From: Octopus vulgaris
Taxonomy: Eukaryota
NCBI GenBank assembly: GCA_951406725.2
Contig: OX597831.1
Coordinates: 74,958,001-75,022,000 of the forward strand
Direction: 5' to 3'
DNA: 64,000 bases
Below the pieces are notes generated by a model. That model ran no database searches. It was not told where the DNA came from and saw only the letters and a program-made list of their open reading frames with translations. Below are positions 11,943 through 23,900 of the stretch, piece by piece. Position numbers and translations under genes: made by a program. Within the stretch, counting starts at the first letter, position 1; the number at the start of each line of letters is the position of its first letter.

Positions 11943-12316
11943 TAATTAATAATTAGAATCTCCAATAGCGAGGCAGTCTACTTCGGGTAATTCAGGGTAA
12001 ACCTTACACAAAAATCCCTGATTACTCTGCTATACCTAAGACATAGGAAAGTGCCCTCTTCCAGTTTTTTTTCCCTCAGTTCGGCGAAATAAATTGGTTG
12101 TTGACATGGGTTTAAATAATTTTGGTCAATGATGCTGAACTGAATGATGATGAATGCAAGAAGTTCGTAATGTGGTCTTAGGCTTAATATCACAACACGA
12201 CACTTTGGGCAAGTGTCTTCTACTATAGCCTCAGGCCAACTAAAGCCTCGTGAATGGATGTGGTGGACAGAAACTGTACGGAAAACCGATACACACTCGT
12301 GTGTGTGTCTTTAACA

Positions 12317-12490
12317 CAGTGCTTTTCAAACTTTTTGCTGGAGCGGAACCCCAAGGAAACATTCCACTGGCTCGAGCAACCCCTGTGCAATAATTTAATG
12401 GTCTTATGCACACATATCTGCACAGGAAAATTAAAAATTACTGCCGATTTTAGTTGTTTTGTAACTTCTTGCGGAAGCCCTGGACTGTAC
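12317..12490 (+). mobile_element. hAT-like MITE fragment (one end)
   Basis: Begins CAGTGCTTTTCAAACTTTTT...GCGGAACCCC, a typical hAT terminus; no matching right end found. Confidence 0.5.
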
Positions 12491-13103
12491 GTGGCCGTCA
12501 GGCACAGGTCACGATCGTGACCCGGATAGATGCATTTAATTTATGAGCGTTTGTTGGGGTTCTGATGTCACGCAAACGCTCAGATGCCCCTCAGAATGCA
12601 AGAGGACTAAATAGTTCAACTAACGGCTTTTCAGATGATGTAAAACTTGACACCATTAATATACTAAGAAGATATTTTAACTATTTTTTGCTTTTTATGT
12701 GTGCATGGTAGTCTCATTTTCCTAAAATGTACTCAACAGTCCATGCTATGTAAGTGCAAATCCCAGTGCTTTATGGGTTAAGTTTGTCCTTCCACCGACT
12801 GACAATTGGTGTTGGTTTATTTATGTCCCCGTAACACAACGGTTTGGCAAAAAGAGACTGACAGAATGAATACCAGACTTTGAAAAATAACTACGGAAGT
12901 CGATTTGTTCGACTAAACCCTTCAAGGCGGTGATCCAGCATGGCCGCAGTCCAATGGCTGAAACTAAAGTTTGTGTGCGTGTCTATTTGTGTGTGTATCT
13001 GAGTTTGTCTCCCATCACAGTTTAACAAACTGTGTTGGTTTGTTTGCGTCCCCGTTACATTGTAGTTTGGCAAAAAGTAACTGATAGAATAAATACAAGA
13101 CTT

Positions 13104-13410
13104 GGTACTACTAGCGAACAGTGGTCCCGGTGCGCGCACTCGCGCATCCGCGTTAGCTAGTCGTAAGTAGTCGATCCTACAACGACTTTTTAAACCCTGA
13201 CCTTAACCTTAGTTTGTTTATAAAAATAATTTATTTACTTAGTTTAAAAAATTATTTACTTTGTTCGAAAAATATTATTTAATTTCCTTTGATGTGTATT
13301 CAGCCTTGAAATACAAACATACGCGCAAGTCGTTGTAGGATCGACTACTTACGACTAGCTAGCGCGGAAGCTCGAGTGCGCGCACCGGACCCCTGTCCGT
13401 TAGTAGTACC
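13104..13410. mobile_element. MITE with ~85-bp TIRs (GGTACTACTA...TAGTAGTACC), perfect 8-bp TSD CAAGACTT; Merlin-like
   Basis: TSD at 13096-13103 and 13411-13418; inserted in a SINE B tail; internal AACCCTGACCTTAACCTT. Confidence 0.9.
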
Positions 13411-13554
13411 CAAGACTTAAAAAAAAAATAGTTATGTGTATTGGGAGCGGTTCGTTCGACGGAAAACCCTCCGAGGCGGTGCCCCAGCATGGGCGTAGCA
13501 GAAATAAAGAGTGTTGTAATTATCCCCTCCTGTTTCACTACATGTTACTAACAT

Positions 13555-13572
13555 TGACCACTAGATGGCATT
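13555..13572 (+). promoter_or_regulatory. CTCF-like motif TGACCACTAGATGGCATT
   Basis: Matches the conserved bilaterian CTCF core CCACTAGRTGGC, in unique sequence. Confidence 0.5.
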
Positions 13573-13589
13573 TTATTCTTTATTTCTTC

Positions 13590-13741
13590 ACTTTCGTTTT
13601 CCTCTGCGAATGTCTTCCTCCGCATCTCGCCTCGCCACAAAACCTTTTGCTCTTTAAGAGTTGCCAGTCAACACTCGAAGCTCATTAATTTTGGAAAAGA
13701 CTGTGGCAATCGATTTCACGGACATCGAAGCAGCTTCTTTG
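13590..13741 (+). other. Candidate non-coding first exon ending at donor TTG|GTAAGT
   Basis: Unique CpG-containing sequence followed by a consensus donor at 13742; 5' boundary approximate. Confidence 0.35.
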
Positions 13742-13819
13742 GTAAGTTATTTCATAAACGCATCCCACTTACTCTTGAAAGGACTAAAAACATAGTCGAC
13801 CCCAACAATATTTTAAAAT

Positions 13820-14278
13820 AATAATAATAATGAAATTGTTGTGTATGGTGCCCAGGTGCACCACGACTCATCAAAGGTGCATGTGCAGTACATAGAATTA
13901 TTGTACAAAGGTCAGGAGACTGAACAGTGTATGAGTCATGGTATATATGTGGCTGAATCGTTAGCACGACGGGCGAAATGCTGCGTTACGTTCTGAGTTC
14001 AAATTCCGCCGAGGTCGACTTTGCCTTTCATCCTTTCGGGGTCGATAAATTAAGTACCAGTTACGCACTGGGGTCGATGTAATCGACTTAATCCGTTTGT
14101 CTGTCCTTGTTTGTGCTCTCTGTGTTTAGCCCCTTGTGGGTAGTAAAGAAATAAGTATGCATGGAGGGCGATATCAGGTGTAGTTTTGGCGAATTTCAGG
14201 AAGCATGGAGGTTTTAAAAGATGCAATGTCTCGGTAACAAACAACTGATGTAGGGAGTTTGTTCCATGCTTCAGCAAC
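13820..14278 (-). mobile_element. CR1-clade LINE 3' fragment interrupted by a SINE A (13950-14153, +)
   Basis: Homologous to 7556-7760 and 50630-50897. Confidence 0.8.
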
Positions 14279-14389
14279 ATGATGTTATTACATTCAGATA
14301 TATTATTGTACTTAACAGTATTACTTTCGGTCTCAACTCTTGGAGACACAATTAAAATAGCTGCAAGATACCGAATTAATTTAGAGTTT

Positions 14390-14565
14390 GGCGAAGGTAA
14401 AGAATACGTAACCCGAAGTTTTAGGGTTAGGAGTAGGGTTTGGGTTTTTAATGCGCCGAAAACGAATGGTGTACGTGTTCTTTACCACCCGTTTTCGGTG
14501 CAACAAAAGCCCTAAACCATACCCCTAACCCTACACCCTGGGTCTACATATTCTTTACCTTCGCC
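14390..14565. mobile_element. MITE (same family as 8035-8125), perfect 8-bp TSD TAGAGTTT, TTAGGG/CCCTAA repeats in both arms
   Basis: TIR GGCGAAGGTAAAGAATA / TATTCTTTACCTTCGCC; TSD at 14382-14389 and 14566-14573. Confidence 0.9.
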
Positions 14566-14935
14566 TAGAGTTTCTATCGATTCCTATCATTCAGTCATGA
14601 ACTAGTGAAAGAATATTTATTAGCAGGAAGTTTAACTTTGGCCTTACACGTCTTTCTCCATGAGTAGAAATCATTAAAACGTATTTCACTGGAGTTTCGA
14701 AATTGCTCTCATTACTCCTTGGAGGATGGAAGAAAAAAATAAGGAATTGAGAGGATTAAAAAATTTTTTATGTATTCCTATGTTTCGTGCAATGGTACTT
14801 ATGTTCCTGAAAGAAGTTTTCTTTCCAGAATTTCAAATTTTTAAATATTTTCCCACCTCCGCTTAATTCCATGACCATTTTCTTCCCTCTTCGTGTTCTG
14901 ATAGCTAGAATGTCTTTTCTCATTACAGACGTAAA

Positions 14936-15326
14936 TCTTTATATATAAAAGTGAGGTCGTGTGCTGTCTGTCTCCTACGATTTAGATTCCTAACTACTCC
15001 CACATTTTGCGGTGCAGTTTAACCAAAACCGGGTATCTTATAGTCGTGATTCATATCGAGCCCTTCTGGGTATTAGCGCGCGTCTACGATGAGTCTAAGA
15101 TTTAAAAAAAAATTTACCATTTTTTCCATTTCAATGCATTTTTTCGCTATTATATAAGGGAAGTAACTCTAAAAATGTCTACGATGAGTCAACGATTAAA
15201 AAAAAATTTACCATTTTTTTCCCATTTTTAATGCATTTTTTTGCTAATTTTTGGCTATAAATCTCTAAAAATGCTTATATAGTTATTTCCCTTACAAACC
15301 CGAGCAACGCCGGGCGATTCTGCTAG
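14936..15326 (+). mobile_element. Non-autonomous Helitron with internal duplication
   Basis: A|TC...CTAG|T termini and CCCGAGCAACGCCGGG hairpin; homologous to 11646-11942. Confidence 0.87.
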
Positions 15327-15661
15327 TAACATATAGATCAATATTAAGTGGTGATATAAAACCTCCCACAGTTTCTTTTTCTGTTGTAAAAGTATTCCGC
15401 TGCTAGAATTTTCGAGAAGATACAGTTTCCAAACCATTTCCAAAGTTTTCGTTTCGTTATAAAATTATGGGCCATTTTCCTGAAAATTAAACCTAAAATT
15501 CTGTTGTGTCTGGGGAGAGTCATTTTCTTCTTTTTGTGCCTTATTATGTAACACACTCACCGGTAAAATTTCCACTTTTTTCTTATTTTTATTGTCCTAA
15601 AATTTTTTTTTTCCAACGGTCTTCAAAAATATTTAGAATTCCTAGTAAAATCGCCATTTAC

Positions 15662-16030
15662 CTGAAGATCTGTTGGAATGTTTCATTTTCAACCATTTAT
15701 AGTTACTGGGACAATTTCTTGCAGATCTACTCTATTTGGAAGATAAGGGGCTTTAAGTTGATTAGTTTACATTTGGGGTTTCTGCTGAAATTGGCTTTTT
15801 GGTCTTTGAGTGGAAGATATAGAAAATATGTCTTGAAAATGTCACATCCATTTTGGGGCCCACAGACATTGTTGTCCAGCAAATTTTATTAAGATTTATT
15901 TTGAAATTCCAATGTAAATAAACTCCCTGCTGTTGCTCTGGATAACATCCAGAAGAATTAGCAGTTAGTCTCGGATGAAAAGATCGAGTCGTTTTGTTCG
16001 GTGTCACGTACGCCTGACTTTTTGGATCCT
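15662..16030 (-). other. Candidate 5' exon of the leftward transcript
   Basis: Minus-strand polypyrimidine tract and acceptor (TTTTCTTTTGAAG) at 16031-16065; donor CAG|GTAAAT at 15661; unique sequence. Confidence 0.35.
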
Positions 16031-16304
16031 CTTCAAAAGAAAAGAAAAGAAAAAAAATAGAAAATTCAGCATACATTCCAGGTGAAAATTCTGTGTTTGA
16101 TATTTGCCCGGGTAGTTAAACTTTACTGTGAAAAATGAAATCAATACAATTCTTGTAAATTTTAAAGATTTACAGCTTAGATATTTCGTAACTTGTGTCT
16201 GTCACGTACGTCACGCGAGAATGTCCCTATATAAGAAAATTGATTTTAGATTTTTTTTTCTCTTGCAGACGTCTTTTTTCCTTCAATTTTTTGTCTCCTT
16301 ATTT

Positions 16305-16338
<34 letters not shown>

Positions 16339-16739
16339 TATATATATATATATAATCATTTTGATTTCATTATAAATTTTTCTATAGATTTCATGTCAGG
16401 CCGAAAAATGGCCGAATCAATAGATTTGCTTCAGCAAAGAATGAAAGAATTACCAATAACACTACAAATAATAATAATAATAATAATGTTTTTATAAATG
16501 TAAAAAACAAAAAAAAAATGACGAAGATGATGGCAATAATTTAACAGCTATGTCTATTAATAGATAAAATATCGTCTGCTTTTTATTCATTATTCCTTTT
16601 CATTATTCGTTTTACTTTATTTGAATTTGCCGTCCACCCACTGAGAAAGATAGACCAACATTTCCCCCAAAAGTCTGCTCAAAGATGGTCTTGGAATTAC
16701 AGGCTTCGCTTATTAACACACCCACCCACATACATATAT

Positions 16740-17095
16740 AAGTGCATAGTTGGCAATGTAGTAAGTTTGCCTCGTTACCACACGGTTCTGGGTTCGGTCC
16801 CACTGCGTGACTCTTTGGGCAAGTGTCTTCTACTATAGATTCGGACCAACCAAAGCTCTGTGAGTGGAGTTGGTAGACGGAAACTGAAAGAATCCCGTTG
16901 TATGTGTGTCTGTGTGTGTGGTCTTTGTCTGTTACATATCACCACCGCTTGACAACCGGTTTTGGTATGTAACTTAGCGCTTCGGTAAAAGAATGATAAA
17001 ATATGTACCAGGCTTTGTGGAGTGGATGGTGGCGATTCATTCGACCAAAAGACCCAGCATAGCCGCAGTTTAATGACTGAAACGAGTAAATCATA
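16740..17095 (+). mobile_element. SINE family B, diverged
   Basis: Homology to the other B copies. Confidence 0.8.
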
Positions 17096-18062
17096 AGAGA
17101 TATATAGTGTGACTGATTGGGTAGGAAGTTCGCTTCGCAATCACAAGGTCTTGGGTTCGATATCATCGCAGATATCATTAACTATAGCTTCGAATTGATC
17201 CGTGCCTTGTGAGGAGGGGAAATCTGTATAGTAAGCCCACGGGGTGATTTCTACCTGTAATTCAAGAGGTACTGTCTTGTCACAAGCATAATCTGGACAA
17301 CTGAATTCTCTTGTTAAACAGCGGAGATCATCTACCTTTCGGAGACGAAAAATAAAGAACCTGTCAAATACTGGGTGGATGTAATCCATAAAATTGCTGG
17401 CTTCGTGTCAAAATTAGAAAGTATATATAAATTCTATTTTTAAATTCTTTTTTTTTTTCGTTAGGTTTTTTAATTGACTTGAAAATATGAAAAGACAACA
17501 TTAAATAGAAAAAAAAACATGAATGGCCCACTAAACTCAAACCTTCTCCCCTCTTTTAATTCGTTCCAGATTCATAAAAGTTCTCAAACTTTAAACAATA
17601 ACTGCGCCATTAAAAATAAAGAAAGAAAAAAAAAATCAACTTTTCTATTTGCTGCACTTTGACATTCATTCAGAATTTTAAAGTTTTTAATTCTTTTTAT
17701 TTTCTGGCTGCTTATTGGTAGAAATAACGCTTTTATTTTTCACACGCATAATAAAGAAAAAATTGTAATATCATATAAATTTTATTAACACTTTTTTTAA
17801 AATATATTTCTCCCTCTTTAGTATTTTATTTATTTATTTTGCTTCTATCTTTCCAACGATAAGTATGCGGAAAACTGAAAAGAAAGAAGAATAAAGTAAA
17901 TTTCTATAGATTTCGTAATGGCTTATCTTCATAATCTTCATCTTTTTTTTAATTCTTTTATTTGTAATTCTTTATTTTTACCATTGTCGTCATCCCACGA
18001 TGTCTCTGGCTGGTTAGTGAGATTTATTGAAATATTCTACTTATTATTGTTATTATTTGCAG

Positions 18063-18127
18063 GAAATTGCATTTATATTGCGGAGGAAAAAAATATCCCA
18101 AACAACTTATGAATTTATATTTACAGG
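18063..18127 (+). other. Candidate non-coding 5'UTR exon of a rightward gene
   Basis: Acceptor TTATTTGCAG at 18053-18062 and donor AGG|GTAAGT at 18128. Confidence 0.4.
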
Positions 18128-19089
18128 GTAAGTAAAATAACTTTACAATATTTTATTTCTTTGGAAATGGCCGAAAAAAAAAAAAACAATTTTTAATGGC
18201 GGACGGAAATCTGGCAAAAAGCTCATTTCCTTTTTTACTTTTTTTTATGTCGCAATCTTTGTTGTCGGACCGACAGTTTGTTTAAAATATATTTATTTTA
18301 CTTTGGGATTGATTCGTGTTAATATTTTCAATTTCTGATTAAAACTAATCTAGTTCTAGCGTGTGTCCAGAAAAACTGCTGCTGCTTAATATCCGGCCAT
18401 TTTTTCTTTAAATGGAGGAAACAAAAAACTGAATGATGTGAAATGCATTCAAACTGTTTAGTTTCTGCTAATAAAAAAAAAAACCCTGGTCAAAGCATGA
18501 AAGCCACTACTTCACCCTTTGCCTTTGAAAATAAATATGAGCTTGTCAGATCGACAAGAATCTATTTGGGCAAAGTGCTGGAATTTATGTCCTTGGAGGC
18601 CCCATATGTCAAGGAAAAGAAAGTGGTTGATTTTTTTTTTTTCCTTTTTTTAAACATTCCAATTTTTTTCATACAACAGGAATTACAATTCTGAAAAAGA
18701 CTTTGCCCAAAGTTTTAATAATCCTACTCTTATCATCTCCCGCTTTAATACCACTTTTCTGTCCCATGAGGTATGGGACTTCGAAGACAGCGTAAATCGA
18801 AAACGTCGCCGCTTTGGCGATGGCCGTCGTTTTAGAAATATTAATTTCGAAGTCCTTGTGAAGTAAATAAATGAATTCCTCTTCGTGTTAAACATTTTGT
18901 TGAAGTTGCCCTCAAGGCAGTGCATCGGCATGGCCGCCACATTCTTTTGACCGAAATCAATAGAACAAAATAGATTAACCTTAAATCACCGGTTTAGGCT
19001 TGACCATCCAGACATAACTAGTTGTCAATTAGTCGGAGATTTGGTTGTTATTTCTAGCATATAGGCTGACAACATAGAAGCAGATTTAA

Positions 19090-19678
19090 GTTGACATAAC
19101 TACATTTTAGTGCCCCGCTGAATTCGTTTCTTCGTAATTTAAAAAAGAAAATTTATTTTATTTTATTTATTTATTTTATTTAGTTTCAGCTCACAAGCTG
19201 TGGCCATGCTGGGGCACCGCCTTTGTGTATTTTTTAAAATGAAATTTTGCTGAGATACGTTTTCGAGGGCGTAGATTACAATTATGTTCTAAAATTCAGG
19301 AGTTTTATTTTGGACGATTTTCCGATCATTTCATTTCACCCAACATTATTTGTTTGTAACACTAAAAAAGACATTGTATAGAAATGTTTTCGAAAGTCTA
19401 GATTACTTACGTACGATTGAGGTTTCAAACATAGAAATACGGGGGGAAAGAAAGAATAAAAAATGCTTAAGGAAATTAGTGGTAACAAAGTCGGAAGTGG
19501 TGAGAGAGATTATTATGTGAAACACCTCTACAATTTTTTTTTTTTTTTATATATATCACCATAATTCGTAACCTAAACCCTCAGAAACGTATCTCTGTAA
19601 AATTTCGTTCAAAACACGCATTTTTCAGAAAGTTATAAGGAAACTAAGTCTGCGGAGTACTAAACTGTAGTTACGCCT
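19090..19678. mobile_element. Old MITE with long degenerate TIRs, TTAA at the left end (Kolobok-like)
   Basis: ATAACTACATTTTAGTGCCCCGC is complementary to GCGGAGTACTAAACTGTAGTTAC, and AAATTTTGCTGAGATACGTTTTCGAGGG to CCCTCAGAAACGTATCTCTGTAAAATTT. Confidence 0.6.
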
Positions 19679-19709
19679 CTAAATTACTTTTCTTCTTTTT
19701 CTTTTCTTT

Positions 19710-20280
19710 GCTATTGTTGCTGTTTATGTCAAGTTCCAACCGTCACCATCCCGTTCTTGAAGACACTGTGTATCTAAGACTAACCTGTCTCCTTCCCTTT
19801 TTAAGACAAAAAGATGTAATTTGAGGCAGATTTAGTTATTTCTAGAATTTTGACTGACTGCCTAGCAGCAGCCTGGTTTACTTTTAGGTCTGCTCTGATA
19901 CAGCAAAGCTATCTTAAAAGGTGTCCAACCATGACCATCCCACTTCCATTCAGGTGTAGTGTGTCTAAGGCTACATGCATGACCCACTGTGGCCTTCATT
20001 TTTTTTTATAACTTTAGAATGTGATTTGGAAGTAAGATCTGGCTGTTATTTCTAGCAGGTCGAGTCACCATAGAATTTCCCTTAGTGGTTCATGTTAACG
20101 TTGTTGTTGTTTAACCACAGGCTACATTTGATACAGCAAACCTGTGCTCAAAGGCGTTCTAGCCATGACCATTCCATCTTTAAATGTACCGCGGACTACA
20201 TTGACTGTGTCCTTCCTTATTTTTAAGATTGTAATGTGAGTTGAGGGAGATTTAGCTCCTCTCTCTACCAGATCAACTGG
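19710..20280 (+). repeat. Three tandem copies of an interspersed ~190-bp repeat (CCATGACCATCCC...GATTTGGCTGTTATTTCTAGCAG)
   Basis: The same module recurs at about 6830-6900, 10350-10480 (-) and 32820-33160. Confidence 0.7.
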
Positions 20281-21154
20281 AAAACAGCTCAATTGTATTA
20301 TATCTTAATTTGTTTATAAACCACAGAATTTTGAATATTTAACTAGAATTTAGGACCCCCTTTGCTACCTTCCTTTTATCTCCATCAGCCGTATACCTCT
20401 TCTATACCAAAGCACCTGTGCTAATCCCTCTGTCATACCCCTCTCCAGACTGGTATTTCCCTCTGCCTGTACACCAAACCTTGCTCATCACTTCTCTATA
20501 AAACTGATTGTATTTACAACTGTTTGGATTTCTGAGAAGATTATCATTCTGACATCTTGAGATATTGGAATATTAACTCTTACACTAGCTAGAAGAGAGG
20601 GGTCAATCAACATGAGTCTAAAATTTTCTGAGGGCTTGCTCCCCTCATTTGAGGCAAAAGAATTCCTGTATTAGAATATAAAATTGCAACTGTTGTATGC
20701 AACAGAAGCAGTATTAGATTAAAATAGCCCTCTGTGTATCATACTCAATGTAAATACATTACTTAAAACAAATTTACTGTAGTATTCATCCAGAGATATC
20801 TCTTACCCACAGGCTCTGTTTAAAAACACTAAATATATCATATGAAGATGAAAATATCATTATAGCTGTGGCTGATGAAAATGTTTGTATTTCTGCATTT
20901 TTGGGCTCTGTCAGTAGCATCTATTAGCTGTCAATCTATTTATATTTGCCTGTCTAACTATTTACTAATTAGTCTGTCTAATTATTAACCTGTATAGGTG
21001 CAGGAGTGGCTGTGTAGTAAGTAGCTCGCTTACTGCTACCAAGTTGTCACGTTTTTTTGTACACTGTAAAAGTCACGTCGTTCGGCGTCGAAAATTGAAC
21101 AATTGAAGCCCGACCACAGGTAAGGCATTTGCTTTTTGGAAGCTCAGTGGAATC

Positions 21155-23505
21155 TGTTGTTCACACTGCCTTCCATGCTGGCATGGGTTGGATGGTTTAA
21201 CTGAGGACTAGCAAGCCAGAAAGACCAAGGACTGACAAGCCAGGCTCCAATGTGATCCAGTAGGGTTTCTACAGCTGGATGCCTTTCCTAACGCCAACCA
21301 CTCCCAGAGTATAGTGGGTGCCTTTTGCATGCCACTGGCATGAGGGACAGTCAGGCGGTACTCGCATTGACCACGCTTGAATGGTGCATTTTGCATGCCA
21401 CTGGCACGGGAACTAGTCAGGCTGCACTGGCATCAACCAGGCTCAAATGGTTCGTTTTATGTGCCACCAGCATCAGTACTGGCATTGGCCATGACAATGA
21501 TTTCACATGACTTAACAGGTCTTCTCAAGTACAGTTTATTGTCCAATGATTGAAAGATAATCTTAAATGGGACAGTTATGCTACAGTGGCATAAGCCACC
21601 GTTATGGTCTCACTTGGCTTGCTGGGTCTTCTCAAACACAGCATATCTCCAAAGGTCTCGGTCACTTGTCATTGTCTCCGTGAGGACCAATGTTTGAAGG
21701 TTGTGCTTCACCACCTCATCCCAGGTCTTCCTGGGTCTACCTCTTCCACAAGATCCCTCCACTGTTAGGGTGTGACACTTCTGCACACAGCTGTTCTCAT
21801 CCATATGCAGCACATGACCATACCAGTGCAGTTGTTTCTCTTGTGCACCATATCTGATGCTTCTTATGTCCAACTTTCAAGGCGCTTACACTCTGTCATG
21901 TATGCACTCTGATATTACACATCCAGCAGAGCATACTAGCTTCATTTCTTGCATGCTTATGAATGTCCCCAGCAGTCACAGCCCATGTTTCACTGCCGTG
22001 TAGCATGGCTGTTCACACACGTGTCATACAGTCTACCTTTCACTGTGAATGAGAGGCCCTTTGTTACCAGCAGAGGTAGGAGCTCTCTGAACTTTTCCCA
22101 GGCTATTCTTATTCTAGTAGCTACACTTCACCCCTGCTACTGACTTGGTGACCTAGGTAACAGACGCTCTCAACTACTTCTAGTTTTTCCCCCTAGCATG
22201 TGATGGAAGTTGTTTTCTGCACATTTTCAGGGTTTATTACCCCTGTGCATTTGCCACACACAAAAAATTATCTTCCCAGTTAGCCTTAATTTAATATTGC
22301 TGCACCTCTTATGTGTCCATAGCTTACACTGGGTACATCTTAAAGAGTTTCTACCTAAGCCTTTTCTACAGATCGAGCAGGGCCATCTACCTGAACGGAT
22401 TTGTGATTTGTCTGCCTTCCTACTTACTAAGACTTTGGCTTCTCTTAAATTGATTCTAAGGCCCTTTGATTCTAGACCTTGCTTCTACACCTGAAACTTC
22501 TCTAGTTCTGATAGTGACTCGGCTGTTAGAGCAAAGTCATCAGCATAGAGGAGCCCCCAGGAGCAGCCTGTCTTGAAGTCCTGTTATTGAATGGAGGACT
22601 ATGATGAATAAGAGGGGGCTGAGGACTGATCCTTGGTGGACCCCTACCTAGAATTCTTCACTATACTCATTGCCAACCCTCACCTTACTGACAGCATCCT
22701 TGTACATGGCTTTTACAGCTCTCACTAACCACTCATCTATCCCTAGTTTCTGCATTGACCACCAGATAAGGGATTTGGGAACGCTGTCAAAAGCTTCTCC
22801 ATGTTAATGAAAGCCAAGTACAGAGGTTTATCTTTGGCTAGGTATTTCTCTTGCAGCTGTCTTACCAGAAATATAGCATCAGTGGTGCTTCTCCTTGGAA
22901 AAGACCCAAACTCTGTCTTGTCTAAATTAATTCTCTCCCTAATTAGTTGGGCTATGACCCTTTCCATGACTTTCATTACCTGATCCAACAACTTGATACC
23001 TCTGTAATTATTTCTATCTAAAGCATTACCTTTACCTTTGTAGCAGTTGACTATGGTGCTGCTACGCCAGTCATTGGGTAGGACACCTTTATGTATCACC
23101 TGATTGACTCCATGGGTGACTAGCCTATAGCTGACCCCACCAGGTATTTTAAGCATCTGTGCGGTGATTACTGATGGGCCGGGGGCCTTTCCCTGTCTTC
23201 ATACCCTTAGTTGCTTTATCTACCAAGGTATTGTCAATTCAGATAGCTGGTCCCTCTGTTGGGTCAACATTTGGCAGACTCTTTCTCCCATTCATTTAGC
23301 AACCATCCGTAATGGCATCTCCAAACCTCTCTCTCTTGTCGCACCCTCATCGAATGCAAGTGAGCCATCATCCATCCAGACACATTTCTCTCCTATGACA
23401 TCCTGATTCTCTCTCATACACTGTCTTGCAACATGAAAATATTCAAGTGTTTGGTCCTCACGACGCAGAACCTTGGCAAATTTTTTCTTATCTGCTTCCT
23501 CTTTT
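21155..23505 (-). mobile_element. RTE-clade LINE, 5'-truncated and decayed (RT plus long 3'UTR)
   Basis: ORF 22743-23156 (DWRSSTIVNCYKGKG...NYRGIKLL...STTDAIFLVRQLQEKY...AFINMEK), a YADD-encoding segment near 22540, and ORF 21610-21873 (LHWYGHV...GRGRPRKTW). Confidence 0.92.
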
Positions 23506-23509
23506 TACA

Positions 23510-23900
23510 TATCTCCCTCTAATTATTTACCTGTTTGGCTGTCTTTTTGTCTTTCTAACTATTTACCTGTCTGTCTATCTTTTAACCCATCTGTCTGTCT
23601 AACTATTTACCTGTCTGTCTATCTTTTAACCCATCTGTCTGTCTAAATATTTACCTGTCTTTCTAACTTTTTACCTCTCTTTAAGTATTTACTCACCTGT
23701 CTATCTAAATATTTACCTGTCTGACTCTCTTTTTACATGCTTGTCTGTCTATTGTTTTACCTGTCTTTCTAACTATTTACATGTTTGTGTGTCTGTCTTT
23801 TTACATGTCAGTCTATCTGCCTACCTGTCTTTCTGTTAACCTGTTTGTCTGCTTACATATCTACCTGTCTTTTTAACTATTTACCTGTTTGGCTATCTCC
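23510..23900 (+). repeat. Degenerate tandem repeat (TATTTACCTGTCTGTCT-like)
   Basis: Seen directly. Confidence 0.8.

Larger units (their letters stand above)
15400..18900. promoter_or_regulatory. Probable bidirectional promoter region
   Basis: Relatively repeat-poor, CpG retained, several AAATGGCS YY1-like motifs, GTCACGTACGTCACGCGAGA (CRE/E-box-like) at about 16201, divergent splice donors at 15661 (-) and 18128 (+). Confidence 0.4.
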
